Shown here: one piece after another, positions 28,034-38,057 of the stretch | Numbering within the stretch: the stretch's first letter is position 1 | Layout: every line of letters begins with the position of its first letter | Assembly (NCBI GenBank): GCA_041746575.1 | Contig: JBGTGT010000098.1 | Span: 104,729 to 168,728 of the forward strand | Source of the DNA: Microcystaceae cyanobacterium | GTDB lineage: Bacteria; Cyanobacteriota; Cyanobacteriia; Cyanobacteriales; Microcystaceae | Direction: 5' to 3' | Length of the DNA: 64,000 bases | Program-made: the position numbers and the translations under genes | Notes under the pieces: generated by a model | What the model was told of the DNA's origin: nothing | The model's database searches: none | The model's input: only the letters and a program-made list of their open reading frames with translations

Positions 28034-29287
28034 TTAACTTGCTGTCGGCAACTTAACAATAAATGTTGTCCCTTGATACTGTTGGCTAAATCCATTGGGG
28101 CTAATCACCTCAATCGTACCGCCCATCTGCTCAATAAACGCTTTAACGATGGCTAAACCCAAACCCGTCCCCGGAATATCACTCTCTTCTTGGATTCCTC
28201 GATAATTTCTCTCAAAAATACGCTCTTTATCTTCTTCGGGAATACCATAACCCGTGTCAGCGATCGCCATACCGAGGTCGTCCTTCGTTTCCACAACAGA
28301 TACTGCAATTTTGCCACCCATTGGGCTATATTTAATCGCATTATCGAGCAAATTTGTAAAAACCTCTCGCAACGCCTTTTTATTTCCTTTTACAAAAATT
28401 TTTTTCTCTCCTAAATCAGTCTGAATCGTAATCTGCTTGCTTTCAGCGATCGCAACGGCAGAGGTTAACAGGGGTGTGATGAGTTCCTGAAGCTCGACGG
28501 TTTCAAGGGGTAATTGAGCAGAAGCTAACAAAAGTGGGGTGGAGGAGGGTAACACCTTCTGCTCTAAATCTGGATTTGCTGGATAACGATGCCAATCTTG
28601 TTCAAAAGTGACCAGTAAATCCTGTAGGCGATCGCTTTCTCGGGCAATTCCTTCGACAATACTTTGACTTTTTTCATCTAATCCCAAGCGTTTTAGCAGT
28701 AACTTACTAAACGTGCGTAAGGCGGTTAACGGATTGCGTAGCTGATGCAACAGGTTATCTAGATGATCTGCCTGTTGTTGTTGTAAATAGTATTGTTGCT
28801 GTAACTGGCGTTGATAGCGGTGTTGACGTTGGTCTAAAAAACAAGCGATCGCTAACGTTTCCGCCATTTTCTTGCCTTGTTCAATGTCTTCTCCTTGCCA
28901 TGGCTTCTCTTTCCGTTGCGTCACCCACAACCCAAAGATTGTCTCTTGATACATCAAGGGTAAAATCATCTGATGATACGGATTATTCATTATCCTATCC
29001 CCAAGGGGAATCGGTTCAGCTAACCCCAATGGAGATGAAGATGCTGAGGGCAAGGCTAACGCCGTACAGTCGGCGGCAATGGCATAGCGATCTCGGTCTA
29101 AATCGTTGCTATTAACAGGATACATCGCTACAGGAATCAAAGGTAAGTCATCCTCTGCACTTCCCTGCATAAGATAAACGGCACTCCAGTCTGCTTTTAA
29201 TCTATTTCCCCATAAATTGAGTTGAGATTGGCAGATTTTGATAAATTCAGTGCTGGGTGAGGAGAAAATAGGATCATGATAAGACAT
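28034..29287 (-). CDS. hik2: GAF-domain sensor histidine kinase, Hik2/CSK type
   Basis: N-terminal EF-x-x-ICQSQ conserved Cys, H-box LHQLRNPLTA, NLLDNAIKY, DTGYGI and GTGLGL. Confidence 0.8.
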   Translation of the reverse strand: MSYHDPIFSSPSTEFIKICQSQLNLWGNRLKADWSAVYLMQGSAEDDLPLIPVAMYPVNSNDLDRDRYAIAADCTALALPSASSSPLGLAEPIPLGDRIMNNPYHQMILPLMYQETIFGLWVTQRKEKPWQGEDIEQGKKMAETLAIACFLDQRQHRYQRQLQQQYYLQQQQADHLDNLLHQLRNPLTALRTFSKLLLKRLGLDEKSQSIVEGIARESDRLQDLLVTFEQDWHRYPANPDLEQKVLPSSTPLLLASAQLPLETVELQELITPLLTSAVAIAESKQITIQTDLGEKKIFVKGNKKALREVFTNLLDNAIKYSPMGGKIAVSVVETKDDLGMAIADTGYGIPEEDKERIFERNYRGIQEESDIPGTGLGLAIVKAFIEQMGGTIEVISPNGFSQQYQGTTFIVKLPTAS

Positions 29288-29528
29288 GAGAACTGATCGT
29301 AAAACACTAAAATAATAAAATTAATAATATTAAGTTTTGTATCGTAAGCTAATCGTAACAAAGTCAAGAAATATATACAAAAGGAAAGATTAATTGAGGG
29401 ATTACCCCTATTGTACCTTGCCAAATTTTTCAAGAATAGGTGTTGCTTTTTCAGTCATCAACCCTTATAATCCTAATAGATTTTGTAACTATCAATACAG
29501 CATATTCCTGATAGAGGAGGTAATTGGG

Positions 29529-29846
29529 TTGGCAAGAAAACGGAAGCGCAAAAGTCGACGTCGCCAAGAAGGACGAAAAATACTCGAACTCGTTCCTCAG
29601 TACTGCATCGAGAGCGGCGAAGACAAACCAGTAACTGCCGCTAGGAGGTACATCAAGGCTAACGAAATTACTGCCCCCGCCGTACTTATTGTAAAACGAA
29701 ATGAGCATACCACCGATAAATATTTTTGGGCTGAAAAAGGTTTATTTGGTGCGCAGTATGTAGAAGAAAATCACTTTCTTTTTCCCAGTTTGAAACCCTA
29801 TCAATCTCAAATTCCAACCCCTGTAACGGTTGGTATCGGAAAATAG
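29529..29846 (+). CDS. Conserved cyanobacterial protein (DUF3155-like)
   Basis: GAGGAGG RBS before TTG 29529; ARKRKRKSRRRQEGRKIL...KPVTAAR...FWAEKGLF. Confidence 0.75.
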   Translation: MARKRKRKSRRRQEGRKILELVPQYCIESGEDKPVTAARRYIKANEITAPAVLIVKRNEHTTDKYFWAEKGLFGAQYVEENHFLFPSLKPYQSQIPTPVTVGIGK

Positions 29847-29927
29847 GAAACGGCATTTTAACAAACTGGATATCTTGCTTAGATAGGAGGATTTATCATT
29901 TCTCCTATCTTTCTGCGGCTTGCCCGC

Positions 29928-30125
29928 TCAACGCTGATTGGCTCTCGTATCTTTAACCGCCGCCCAAAAAAAGAGTCCTGTCAGGGGAATACAAACAGCG
30001 AGAATAAGTCCTGTGATGGAAGTGCCTAAGTCGGGATTGCCCGATGACAGTTCAAAAATAGATCCCACCGCTGCGATCGCCGCAATACAAGATCCCAGTA
30101 AGAATATACCACTTTTAGGGGTCAC
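29928..30125 (-). CDS. Small conserved membrane protein
   Basis: Two hydrophobic helices, AAVGSIFEL motif, good RBS, downstream of def. Confidence 0.7.
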   Translation of the reverse strand: MTPKSGIFLLGSCIAAIAAVGSIFELSSGNPDLGTSITGLILAVCIPLTGLFFWAAVKDTRANQR

Positions 30126-30161
30126 GAATTCTTTCTCCTTTTCAGCAAAATAGCAGAATCA

Positions 30162-30734
30162 TTAAACAGGTTTAACAGATTGGACGGAAAAGCCATTTTT
30201 TTGTAATTCTTCCGTTAAAGCCAAGGAATTATCTACCCGATCTACAAATACAATACCATTAAGGTGATCCATTTCATGTTGAATGACTCTAGCCATTAGA
30301 TCGGCAGCCTGTAACGTTTGGGGTTTGCCATATTCATCTTTATAGGATACTTCAATGGCTTCGGGGCGAATCACATCCAGATAGACACCGGGGATACTCA
30401 GACATCCCTCTTCTCCTTTACACAAAGTGGAGCTATAACGAATAATTTTGGGATTAATCAACACTAAAGGCGGATTTTCGGGCTTATCGGGTTCACAATC
30501 AATAACAATCAATTGTTTATTGACAGCCACTTGAGGGGCGGCTAACCCAATGCCACTAGAGCTATACATGGTTTGCAACATTTCCTTCGCCAATTGTCGC
30601 ATCGAAGCATCCACTTTAGCGACTCGTTTGGCAGGCTGACGTAAAATGCGATCACCGAGATAATGTAGTTTTAAAGGGGGAGTTTCTAATTTCTTTTTTT
30701 CAACGGTAAGGGCAACACTCATAATAATCTTCAA
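30162..30734 (-). CDS. def: Peptide deformylase
   Basis: GIGLAAPQ, EGCLS and QHEMDHL motifs. Confidence 0.97.
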   Translation of the reverse strand: MKIIMSVALTVEKKKLETPPLKLHYLGDRILRQPAKRVAKVDASMRQLAKEMLQTMYSSSGIGLAAPQVAVNKQLIVIDCEPDKPENPPLVLINPKIIRYSSTLCKGEEGCLSIPGVYLDVIRPEAIEVSYKDEYGKPQTLQAADLMARVIQHEMDHLNGIVFVDRVDNSLALTEELQKNGFSVQSVKPV

Positions 30735-31041
30735 ATCGAACTCGTTATGTTTTTATCTTAACCAATCTGGGCATATTGACACTCAGGATTCGGTTTCATT
30801 CTGGGGGATGAGGGAATCTCCCAATTGGGGGGAAGTCAGGAAGTCAGGGATCTCGATAGGCTAGGGCTATCATCTTTTAAAAAGCGTTGCGCTTAAAGTT
30901 AGAGCCAGTCATCTACCTAGTCGAAAAAACTAGCTTTGTCCAATGATGTAGAAGACAATTGGGATTTAGCCAGTTGTCTAACATCTAGCGAGATTGAAGA
31001 ACGAACCTCACGCTTACTCGCTCAGTTTCAAGCGTTTCTCC

Positions 31042-32013
31042 TTAATAAAGGCGACTTAGCGCGTAGTCAACCAAATCGGCCAATACCTGAGCCGAAGGAG
31101 AAGCCGAAAGGCAATCGAGGTGTTTAATGGCTCTTTGTCCATGAAAATTCGCTAATTCACGGGAACGCTCAATGCCATTGCTTTGTTTAACAAAAGTCAA
31201 CGCTTGTTCGAGATCCCCTGCTTCGGCAAATTCCCGCTCGATGAGAACGGATAAATAAGGCTTTTCTTCCATCGCATAGAGGGCAGGAAGAGTAATAATA
31301 CCACTAACCAAGTCAGAACCCGACGGTTTGCCCAATACTTCAGTAGGTGAGGTAAAATCGATAATATCATCGACAATTTGGAAAGCTAATCCCAAATCTC
31401 GTCCATATTGATAGAGGGACTCTGCCACTCGCTCAGCACTATCGCTGAGAATCGCTGAAGCTTTGGCACTGTTAGCGATCAAAGAAGCGGTTTTGTAGTA
31501 GCTTTTTTCGATATAGGTGTCTAGGGTTAAACTGGTATCAAAACGGTTAATGCCTTGTAGAATTTCTCCTTCAGCGAAGTCACGAATTACCTCAGAAAGG
31601 AGTTTAACCACGGTTAGGTTATCTAGATTGGCCAAATACCAAGAAGATTGAGCAAAGAGGAAATCCCCTGCCAAGACGGCAATACGGTTATCAAATAGAC
31701 TGTTCACCGTTGGCACATTTCGTCTTAGGGATGCTTCATCTACCACATCATCGTGAACGAGACTGGCAGTGTGAATCATTTCGGTAATTTCCGCCAGACG
31801 TCGGTGACGGGGCGTGATTTCATTATCTAACATCGTCGCACGAGCAACGAGAAGAACAACGGCAGGACGAAGACGTTTACCCCCTGCTGAGAATAAATGT
31901 TCAGCAGCAGCCCCTAAAATAGGGTGTCTTGCGCTGATTAGGCGTTTTAGATTATCCGTCAAGAGACGTAAATCTTCCTCAACTGGGGCAAAAAGGGAGG
32001 TCGTTGATATCAT
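31042..32013 (-). CDS. sds: Solanesyl diphosphate synthase
   Basis: GGKRLRP, FARM HDDVVD, SARM IVDDIID and KTASL. Confidence 0.9.
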   Translation of the reverse strand: MISTTSLFAPVEEDLRLLTDNLKRLISARHPILGAAAEHLFSAGGKRLRPAVVLLVARATMLDNEITPRHRRLAEITEMIHTASLVHDDVVDEASLRRNVPTVNSLFDNRIAVLAGDFLFAQSSWYLANLDNLTVVKLLSEVIRDFAEGEILQGINRFDTSLTLDTYIEKSYYKTASLIANSAKASAILSDSAERVAESLYQYGRDLGLAFQIVDDIIDFTSPTEVLGKPSGSDLVSGIITLPALYAMEEKPYLSVLIEREFAEAGDLEQALTFVKQSNGIERSRELANFHGQRAIKHLDCLSASPSAQVLADLVDYALSRLY

Positions 32014-32033
32014 CGGTTAGCCAGAGTTGGCAC

Positions 32034-32061
32034 GTTACGAAAGTTTACATAATTTTATATA
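32034..32061. promoter_or_regulatory. HLR1-like (RpaB) direct repeat upstream of sds
   Basis: GTTACGAA-AG-TTTACATA-AT-TTTATATA compared with the consensus (G/T)TTACA(T/A)(T/A)-N2 repeat. Confidence 0.55.
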
Positions 32062-32220
32062 TATTTTAAGCTAAGCATCCCAGACAGGGGAAGAGAAAAC
32101 CCGCCAAATTAAGGAAAAAGTCTTAGAGGTTAACTTTGTACCGGAAAAATTCATAAGTAGAAAAGGGCGAATTCTCTAATTTTATTGCTTAAAAGCTGTT
32201 CTAAAACTGAATATCTAAGT

Positions 32221-32394
32221 TTATCTTCTTTGGGTGGGTTGAGGCTTGTCTGTGAGTCCCCATTCATTCAGAATCTTAACTAATCCGATAGACAAAATTG
32301 CTCCTAAGCTGATTCCAACAGCCAATAAAATGATAAAGAGTTTTCTGAAAGCTTTTTGATTTTCGTTGGGATTAGGGGGCGGCGATTGATTCAT
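32221..32394 (-). CDS. Small single-pass membrane protein (57 aa), not in the ORF track
   Basis: AAGGAG RBS; MNQSPPPNPNENQKAFRKLFIILLAVGISLGAILSIGLVKILNEWGLTDKPQPTQRR. Confidence 0.65.
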   Translation of the reverse strand: MNQSPPPNPNENQKAFRKLFIILLAVGISLGAILSIGLVKILNEWGLTDKPQPTQRR

Positions 32395-32474
32395 CGTAAT
32401 TGATCTCCTTGGTTTTTAAGGCAAAAACAGAACAAATTCAGCAGTTTTGAAGCAGGGTAAGGGTTTATTGTCCT

Positions 32475-34004
32475 TCACCCTAATCCTCTTTCATCGTAAG
32501 TATTAATAATTTGACTTACCACTTCTTCAAGGGTTAAATCATCCGTATTGATCACTACGGCATCCTCAGCTTGACGGAGAGGCGCAAAACGACGATGACT
32601 ATCGACATAATCGCGTTGTTCAATCTCTTGGGCAAGGGTATCTAATTCTACTGCATATCCCTGCTTTTCTAGGTCTTTAGCCCTTCTTTTTGCTCTTTCT
32701 TGAACAGAAGCCGTCAAAAAGATTTTTAATTCTGCGTTGGGAAAAACCACTGTTCCCATATCTCGCCCTTCTGCCACTAATCCTCCTTTTTTACCATAAA
32801 TTTGTTGATATTTCACTAACTGCTGACGTACCGCTTTTTGGGCGGCAATTTGCGAAACCTTAGCGGTGACTTCAGGACGACGGATAGACTCACTCACCTC
32901 TTGCCCATTGACTTTCAAGCCCCCTGTCTCAGGAATTAACACCAGCGTCAAGCTTTCAAGGTGATCAGCGATCGCTATTTCATCGTCAAGGGGAATCTGA
33001 TTTTCGATCACCCACCAAGTAATCCCTCGATACAACGCCCCCGTATCTAAGTATAAAAGATGCAATTTTTGAGCAATTTGACGAGTAACGGTCGATTTTC
33101 CTGCTCCTGCCGGCCCGTCAATGGCAATAATCGGTAACCGTTGCCCTAGAATTAGATTATCAATCAAACGGGTTTCGCCCACATAGGCAGCGATCGCCAA
33201 TAAACCCCGATCTTCAAGGGTTTCTAAGGGAATCAACGTATCGGGATGCACTAATTCGGCATATTGTAACTGAGTATCGGGATTTTTAGCAAATTCTTGA
33301 CGAACTAAGTGAAGAAGAGCATTAGCCTGTCTTTTTCCATTTAAAAAGGCTTCTTGGGCGCAAAATAAACTACGACTCAGGGTAAGGGCTTGCTCTCTTT
33401 CCTCTTCATTAAGATACTGATTACGGGAACTATAAGCGAGTCCAGAAGGTTCTCTAACGATGGGACATCCCTGAATTTTCACAGACAGTTTTAAATCCTT
33501 AACTAAACGCCGAATAACCGCCAATTGTTGAGCATCTTTTTCGCCAAAATAAGCCACAGTGGGTTGAATCAAGGACAAAAACTGAGTAACAATCGTTGCT
33601 ACCCCTGTAAAATGGCTAGGACGAAATTGACCGCATAATCCCGTCGTCATTGACAGAGGAGGAACAACAGTAGTGGTTAACCCCTCTTCAGGGGAGCAAT
33701 CGGGAGTCATCCCTAACGTTTCCCGACTAGGAGCAAAGACAACATCAACACCGAGAGTTTCACATAAGTTACAATCTTGTGTTAATTGACGAGGATATTG
33801 ACTTAAATCTTCATTTTGGCTAAATTGAAGGGGATTAACAAAAATCGTGACAACCGTTGACTGATTTTCCTGAATTGATCGTTGAATGAGACTTTTATGA
33901 CCTAAATGTAATGCTCCCATGGTGGGAACAAGGCCAAGAGCGTGATTAGAATCTAAGGTTTGTAAAAACGCCTGTAGTCCTGCGACTGTTTTCAATAACC
34001 GCAT
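32475..34004 (-). CDS. panC/cmk: Bifunctional pantoate-beta-alanine ligase / cytidylate kinase
   Basis: VPTMGALH-x-GH, FGEKD and SSRN, then AIDGPAGAGKST and EGRD. Confidence 0.96.
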   Translation of the reverse strand: MRLLKTVAGLQAFLQTLDSNHALGLVPTMGALHLGHKSLIQRSIQENQSTVVTIFVNPLQFSQNEDLSQYPRQLTQDCNLCETLGVDVVFAPSRETLGMTPDCSPEEGLTTTVVPPLSMTTGLCGQFRPSHFTGVATIVTQFLSLIQPTVAYFGEKDAQQLAVIRRLVKDLKLSVKIQGCPIVREPSGLAYSSRNQYLNEEEREQALTLSRSLFCAQEAFLNGKRQANALLHLVRQEFAKNPDTQLQYAELVHPDTLIPLETLEDRGLLAIAAYVGETRLIDNLILGQRLPIIAIDGPAGAGKSTVTRQIAQKLHLLYLDTGALYRGITWWVIENQIPLDDEIAIADHLESLTLVLIPETGGLKVNGQEVSESIRRPEVTAKVSQIAAQKAVRQQLVKYQQIYGKKGGLVAEGRDMGTVVFPNAELKIFLTASVQERAKRRAKDLEKQGYAVELDTLAQEIEQRDYVDSHRRFAPLRQAEDAVVINTDDLTLEEVVSQIINTYDERGLG

Positions 34005-34163
34005 CTATGTCTTAACTCAGTCTATGTCATTTTTAAGGTACCATATTCTTTCCAAAATGCCTTAACTCAATCCAAAGTGATAGCTATCACCTTAATGCGT
34101 AAGATGATTGAGCCCGTTTTTCTAGAGGCTCAACCCTTAAACAATTCTTTGAAACCATTGAAT

Positions 34164-35129
34164 TTACTTCCCTAAAACATAATAAAAAATCAACGGCGTA
34201 ACAATAGTCGCATCCGATTCAATCACATAATTGGGAGTATCCACTCCTAGTTTACCCCATGTAATTTTCTCACTGGGAACAGCACCACTGTAGGAGCCAT
34301 AAGAAGTCGTAGAATCGCTAATTTGACAAAAATAACCCCAAAATTGACAATCTTCAGACAAATCTTGTGTTATCAAAGGCACAACACAGATAGGAAAATC
34401 TCCCGCAATCCCTCCGCCAATTTGGAAGAATCCAATCGTTCCCGTTTGTGTATTTTCTTGATACCAATGGACTAAGCGATACATTTGTTCAGTCCCACTT
34501 TTCACCGTATCTAGGCGCTGAATGTTGCCTTTGATTACGTTGGAGACAAACATATTACCTAGAGTAGAATCTTCCCATCCGGGAGTAAAAATCGGTAAAT
34601 TCTTCTGCCATGCGGCGATTAACCAAGAATCTTTGGAATCTATTTGATAATTATCTTTAATTTTGCCACTTTCTAATAATTGATACATAAATTCGTGGGG
34701 AAAGTAGCGTTTATTTTTTGCTTCTGCCGCTTGCCAAAGGTCAATTAAATGACGTTCAATCACTCTCATCGCTTCCTCTTCAGGAATACAGGTATCTGTC
34801 ACTCGATTTAGATGATTTTCCAGCAAAGCCTGTTCATCCGCTAGACTGAGATAACGATAATGGGGAATGCGTTTGTAGTAATTATGAGCGACGAGGTTAA
34901 AGATATCCTCTTCTAAATTCGCCCCTGTACAGCAGATAGCGTGTACTTTGTCCTGACGAATCATTTCCGCTAGAGAAACGCCCAATTCAGCCGTACTCAT
35001 TGCTCCTGCAAGGGTAATTAACATCTTATTTCCGTTGGCGAGATGTTGTACCCATCCTTCCGCCGCATCGACGCAGGTGGCGGCATTAAAATGACGAAAA
35101 TGGTGTTGCATGAAGGCTTTAATACTCAT
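34164..35129 (-). CDS. Deoxyhypusine synthase-like protein (probable homospermidine synthesis)
   Basis: TGANLEED, DSTLG, IGGG and GSYSGAVPSEKITWGK with the catalytic Lys position. Confidence 0.88.
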   Translation of the reverse strand: MSIKAFMQHHFRHFNAATCVDAAEGWVQHLANGNKMLITLAGAMSTAELGVSLAEMIRQDKVHAICCTGANLEEDIFNLVAHNYYKRIPHYRYLSLADEQALLENHLNRVTDTCIPEEEAMRVIERHLIDLWQAAEAKNKRYFPHEFMYQLLESGKIKDNYQIDSKDSWLIAAWQKNLPIFTPGWEDSTLGNMFVSNVIKGNIQRLDTVKSGTEQMYRLVHWYQENTQTGTIGFFQIGGGIAGDFPICVVPLITQDLSEDCQFWGYFCQISDSTTSYGSYSGAVPSEKITWGKLGVDTPNYVIESDATIVTPLIFYYVLGK

Positions 35130-35283
35130 AGCTTACCCTGATGATGAGGGGGAAAAAGGACAACCTTTTATTATACTAGCAATCTAACCTTTGCTTTTTC
35201 CACTTTTCTTATTAACGAAAAAGGGAGTATATTGATCATAAGAATCCGAATACAAGTTAGTATTAACGAAACTAATAATAACA

Positions 35284-36010
35284 ATGAATCAAACAAGAGC
35301 AAGAAGATATATACAGCAAATTGAAGAATACCAGTCCTTTGTGTCTAATTTTCTGCCCCCATCTCCTGAAATTGTCATGGATTCGGAAATGTGGCAACTT
35401 TTATCCCAAGCAGATCGCGCTTTAGGACGATTAGACGGTTCAACCGATGTACTTCCTAATCCTGATTTATTTGTTTTTATGTATGCGCGTAAAGAGGCGG
35501 TTTTGTCAAGTCAAATTGAAGGCACACAAGCTTCTCTGATTGATATTCGTGAATTTGAATCTCAATCATTTATTAATTATCTTTTTACTCTGTGAACAAA
35601 AGATTTTAAAATAATTCTTATTTTATATTTCCTATTATTTTAAAAAATATCGCTCTCAATCTTATAATTATCTTCAATCTGTGCGGGATACTGGAAATTG
35701 GGAATTATGGCTAAAATTCTTCCTCAAAGGAATTTATGAAATGGTACAAGAAGCATCAAATACAGCTAGACAAATTGTGGCGATGAAAGAAACCCATTGT
35801 CAACTATTACTTAATCAAATGGGACGGCGATCAAGAAATGCGATTACTTTGCTAGAAAACCTTTATTTTCGACCGATTATTTCGATGGCTCATGTTCAGG
35901 AAATTACTAAATTATCTTATCCTAATGCTAATACTCTAATTAGAGATTTTTGCAATTTAGAAGAAATTACAGGACAAAAACGAAATCGAGCTTTTTCTGA
36001 TGCACCTTAA
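35284..36010 (+). pseudogene. Fragmented Fic/DOC family gene
   Basis: Fic N-terminal motif (ADRALGRL...KEAVLSSQIEGTQ) and a C-terminal fragment (W-x-x-WLKFFL, EITGQKRNR) in separate ORFs; the catalytic HPFxDGNGR region is absent. Confidence 0.8.
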
Positions 36011-36107
36011 CTTAGAAATTTTTCAAAATTAAGTTGAACATTTTTGAGAATAAACAGCAAAAACAGAAACTTACTCAAGTATTTTATGACCATCATCTCT
36101 ACTTATC

Positions 36108-37841
36108 ATGCAATCTGTTGACTATACGACGCTTATCGCCCTTTGTACCGATTTAGAAACTCAATGGCTTCCTGCTAAAGTCGAACAAATCTATCAACGA
36201 GATCCCTATACTCTTTCTATTGCTCTGCGTACCTTCAAAAAACGAGGATGGTTGACCTTATCTTGGCACCCACAAGCGGCAAGGATTCATATCGGCAATT
36301 CTCCCCCGAAAGAACCCGATACCTTCACCTTTAGCGATCAATTGCGTCATCAACTCAAAGGATATGCCCTTACTCAAATTAACACGATCGCACCTTGGGA
36401 ACGGGTAATAGATTTACAATTTGCCCACCGTCCTGATGATCCCTCGATTTGGCATCTTTATGTCGAAATTATGGGAAAATATAGCAATATTATCCTTACA
36501 GATGCAGATAATCAAATTATTACCCTTGCTCATCAAGTTAACGAAACTCAGTCCACTGTGCGGACGTTACAAACCGGACAATTCTACGATTATCCTCCCA
36601 AAATGACGGGAACGTTCCCTCGTTTAACGGAGTCTCAAGAACGGTGGAAAGAACGGATTTCTTTGATTCCAGGAGCAATTCGTCGTCAATTAATGAAATG
36701 TTATAACGGATTAAGCCCTATGGTCGTTGATACTCTTTTAGATGCTGTCAATCTTGATGGGAATCAATCGACTGAAGCGTTAACAGAAACCGACTGGCAA
36801 ACTTTATTTACTTATTGGCAAAAATGGTTGAATATCTTAGAAAATAAAGATTTTAAGGCAGGATACACTGAAAAAGGTTACACTATTCTCGGATGGGGTA
36901 TTATTCAACCGATTGGCGATATTCAGTCCCTAATTAATGATTATTATGGCGATCACTTAATCCGTCAAACATTCCAACAACTGCACCATCAACTGAGTCA
37001 GAAAATTAAATCAATTCTTAAAAAATCTAAGCAAAAAGCAGACCAATTTCAAGAAAAATTAGAGCAGTCTGATCATGCTGATTATTATCGATATCAAGCG
37101 GATTTATTAATGGCGAATCTCCATCAATGGCAACCCGGATTAACGGCTCTTTCCCTCAGCGATTTTGAAACCGAAGAAGCGATTACCCTAAAACTCGATC
37201 CTAAACTTAATGGTGTACAGAATGCCCAAGCTCTCTACAAAAAGCATCAAAAACTAAAAAGGGCAAAACTAGCGGTTAAACCCTTATTAAATGAAATTTT
37301 AACTGAAATCGACTATTTAGAACAGATTGAGGACATCTTAAATCAACTTGATAATAATGGCAGTTTAGAAGACTTACAGGCATTAAACGAGATTAAAGAA
37401 GAATTGATCGAACAGAATTACCTGAATTTATCCCAACGCATCCCCGAAAAGAATCCCACCTCTCAACCCTATCGCTATCATACCCCGTCCGGCTTTGAAC
37501 TGTGGATCGGGCGCAACAATCGTCAAAATGATGAATTAACCTTTCGCATTGCTAAAGATTACGATTTATGGTTTCATACTCAAGAGAGTGCAGGGAGTCA
37601 TGTCTTACTGCGCTTAAAACCGGGTACTGTCCCAGAAGACGAAGACCTACAATGTGCGGCAGATTGGGCAGCTTATTACAGTAGAGCCAGACAGAGCGAA
37701 CAAGTTCCTATCGTCTATACTCGTCCAAAACACGTCTATAAACCCAAAGGTGCCAAGCCGGGGATGGTCGTTTACCAACAAGAGCAAGTGCTGTGGGGAA
37801 AACCGGCCAACATTATAGCGTACCGAAAAAATTTAGGTTAG
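36108..37841 (+). CDS. rqcH: NFACT/RqcH (FbpA-like) ribosome quality-control protein
   Basis: EIMGKYSN, IGRNNRQND, WFH and GSHV motifs; PG-x-V C-terminus. Confidence 0.88.
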   Translation: MQSVDYTTLIALCTDLETQWLPAKVEQIYQRDPYTLSIALRTFKKRGWLTLSWHPQAARIHIGNSPPKEPDTFTFSDQLRHQLKGYALTQINTIAPWERVIDLQFAHRPDDPSIWHLYVEIMGKYSNIILTDADNQIITLAHQVNETQSTVRTLQTGQFYDYPPKMTGTFPRLTESQERWKERISLIPGAIRRQLMKCYNGLSPMVVDTLLDAVNLDGNQSTEALTETDWQTLFTYWQKWLNILENKDFKAGYTEKGYTILGWGIIQPIGDIQSLINDYYGDHLIRQTFQQLHHQLSQKIKSILKKSKQKADQFQEKLEQSDHADYYRYQADLLMANLHQWQPGLTALSLSDFETEEAITLKLDPKLNGVQNAQALYKKHQKLKRAKLAVKPLLNEILTEIDYLEQIEDILNQLDNNGSLEDLQALNEIKEELIEQNYLNLSQRIPEKNPTSQPYRYHTPSGFELWIGRNNRQNDELTFRIAKDYDLWFHTQESAGSHVLLRLKPGTVPEDEDLQCAADWAAYYSRARQSEQVPIVYTRPKHVYKPKGAKPGMVVYQQEQVLWGKPANIIAYRKNLG

Positions 37842-37896
37842 GGAAAAATTTTTCATAATTATTTACAAAGAGAGGTAGTCGATGTTACCATTTAGA

Positions 37897-38016
37897 CATA
37901 AGAAATTTAAACACCCGGTGCGAATTGGGAACGTGCCAAATCAGTGTGGATTTCCTAGAAGAACAACAACAAGTCTTGAACAAGTACGGATCGGTCTGAA
38001 ATAGGCTGATCTTTTT
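37897..38016 (+). ncRNA. Candidate ~120-nt sRNA or pyrB leader/attenuator
   Basis: TTTACA-N18-(TG)nTACCAT promoter 37862-37891; intrinsic terminator 37989-38016; no convincing ORF. Confidence 0.5.
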
Positions 38017-38057
38017 GCTTTAAGATGATTGAGGGGTGATTGCTTGGGGCTGAACCG

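Noticed and set aside
37897..38016. PyrR-binding attenuator
   Set aside because: The conserved ARUCCnGnGAGGYU loop is not present; kept only as a generic sRNA/leader candidate.
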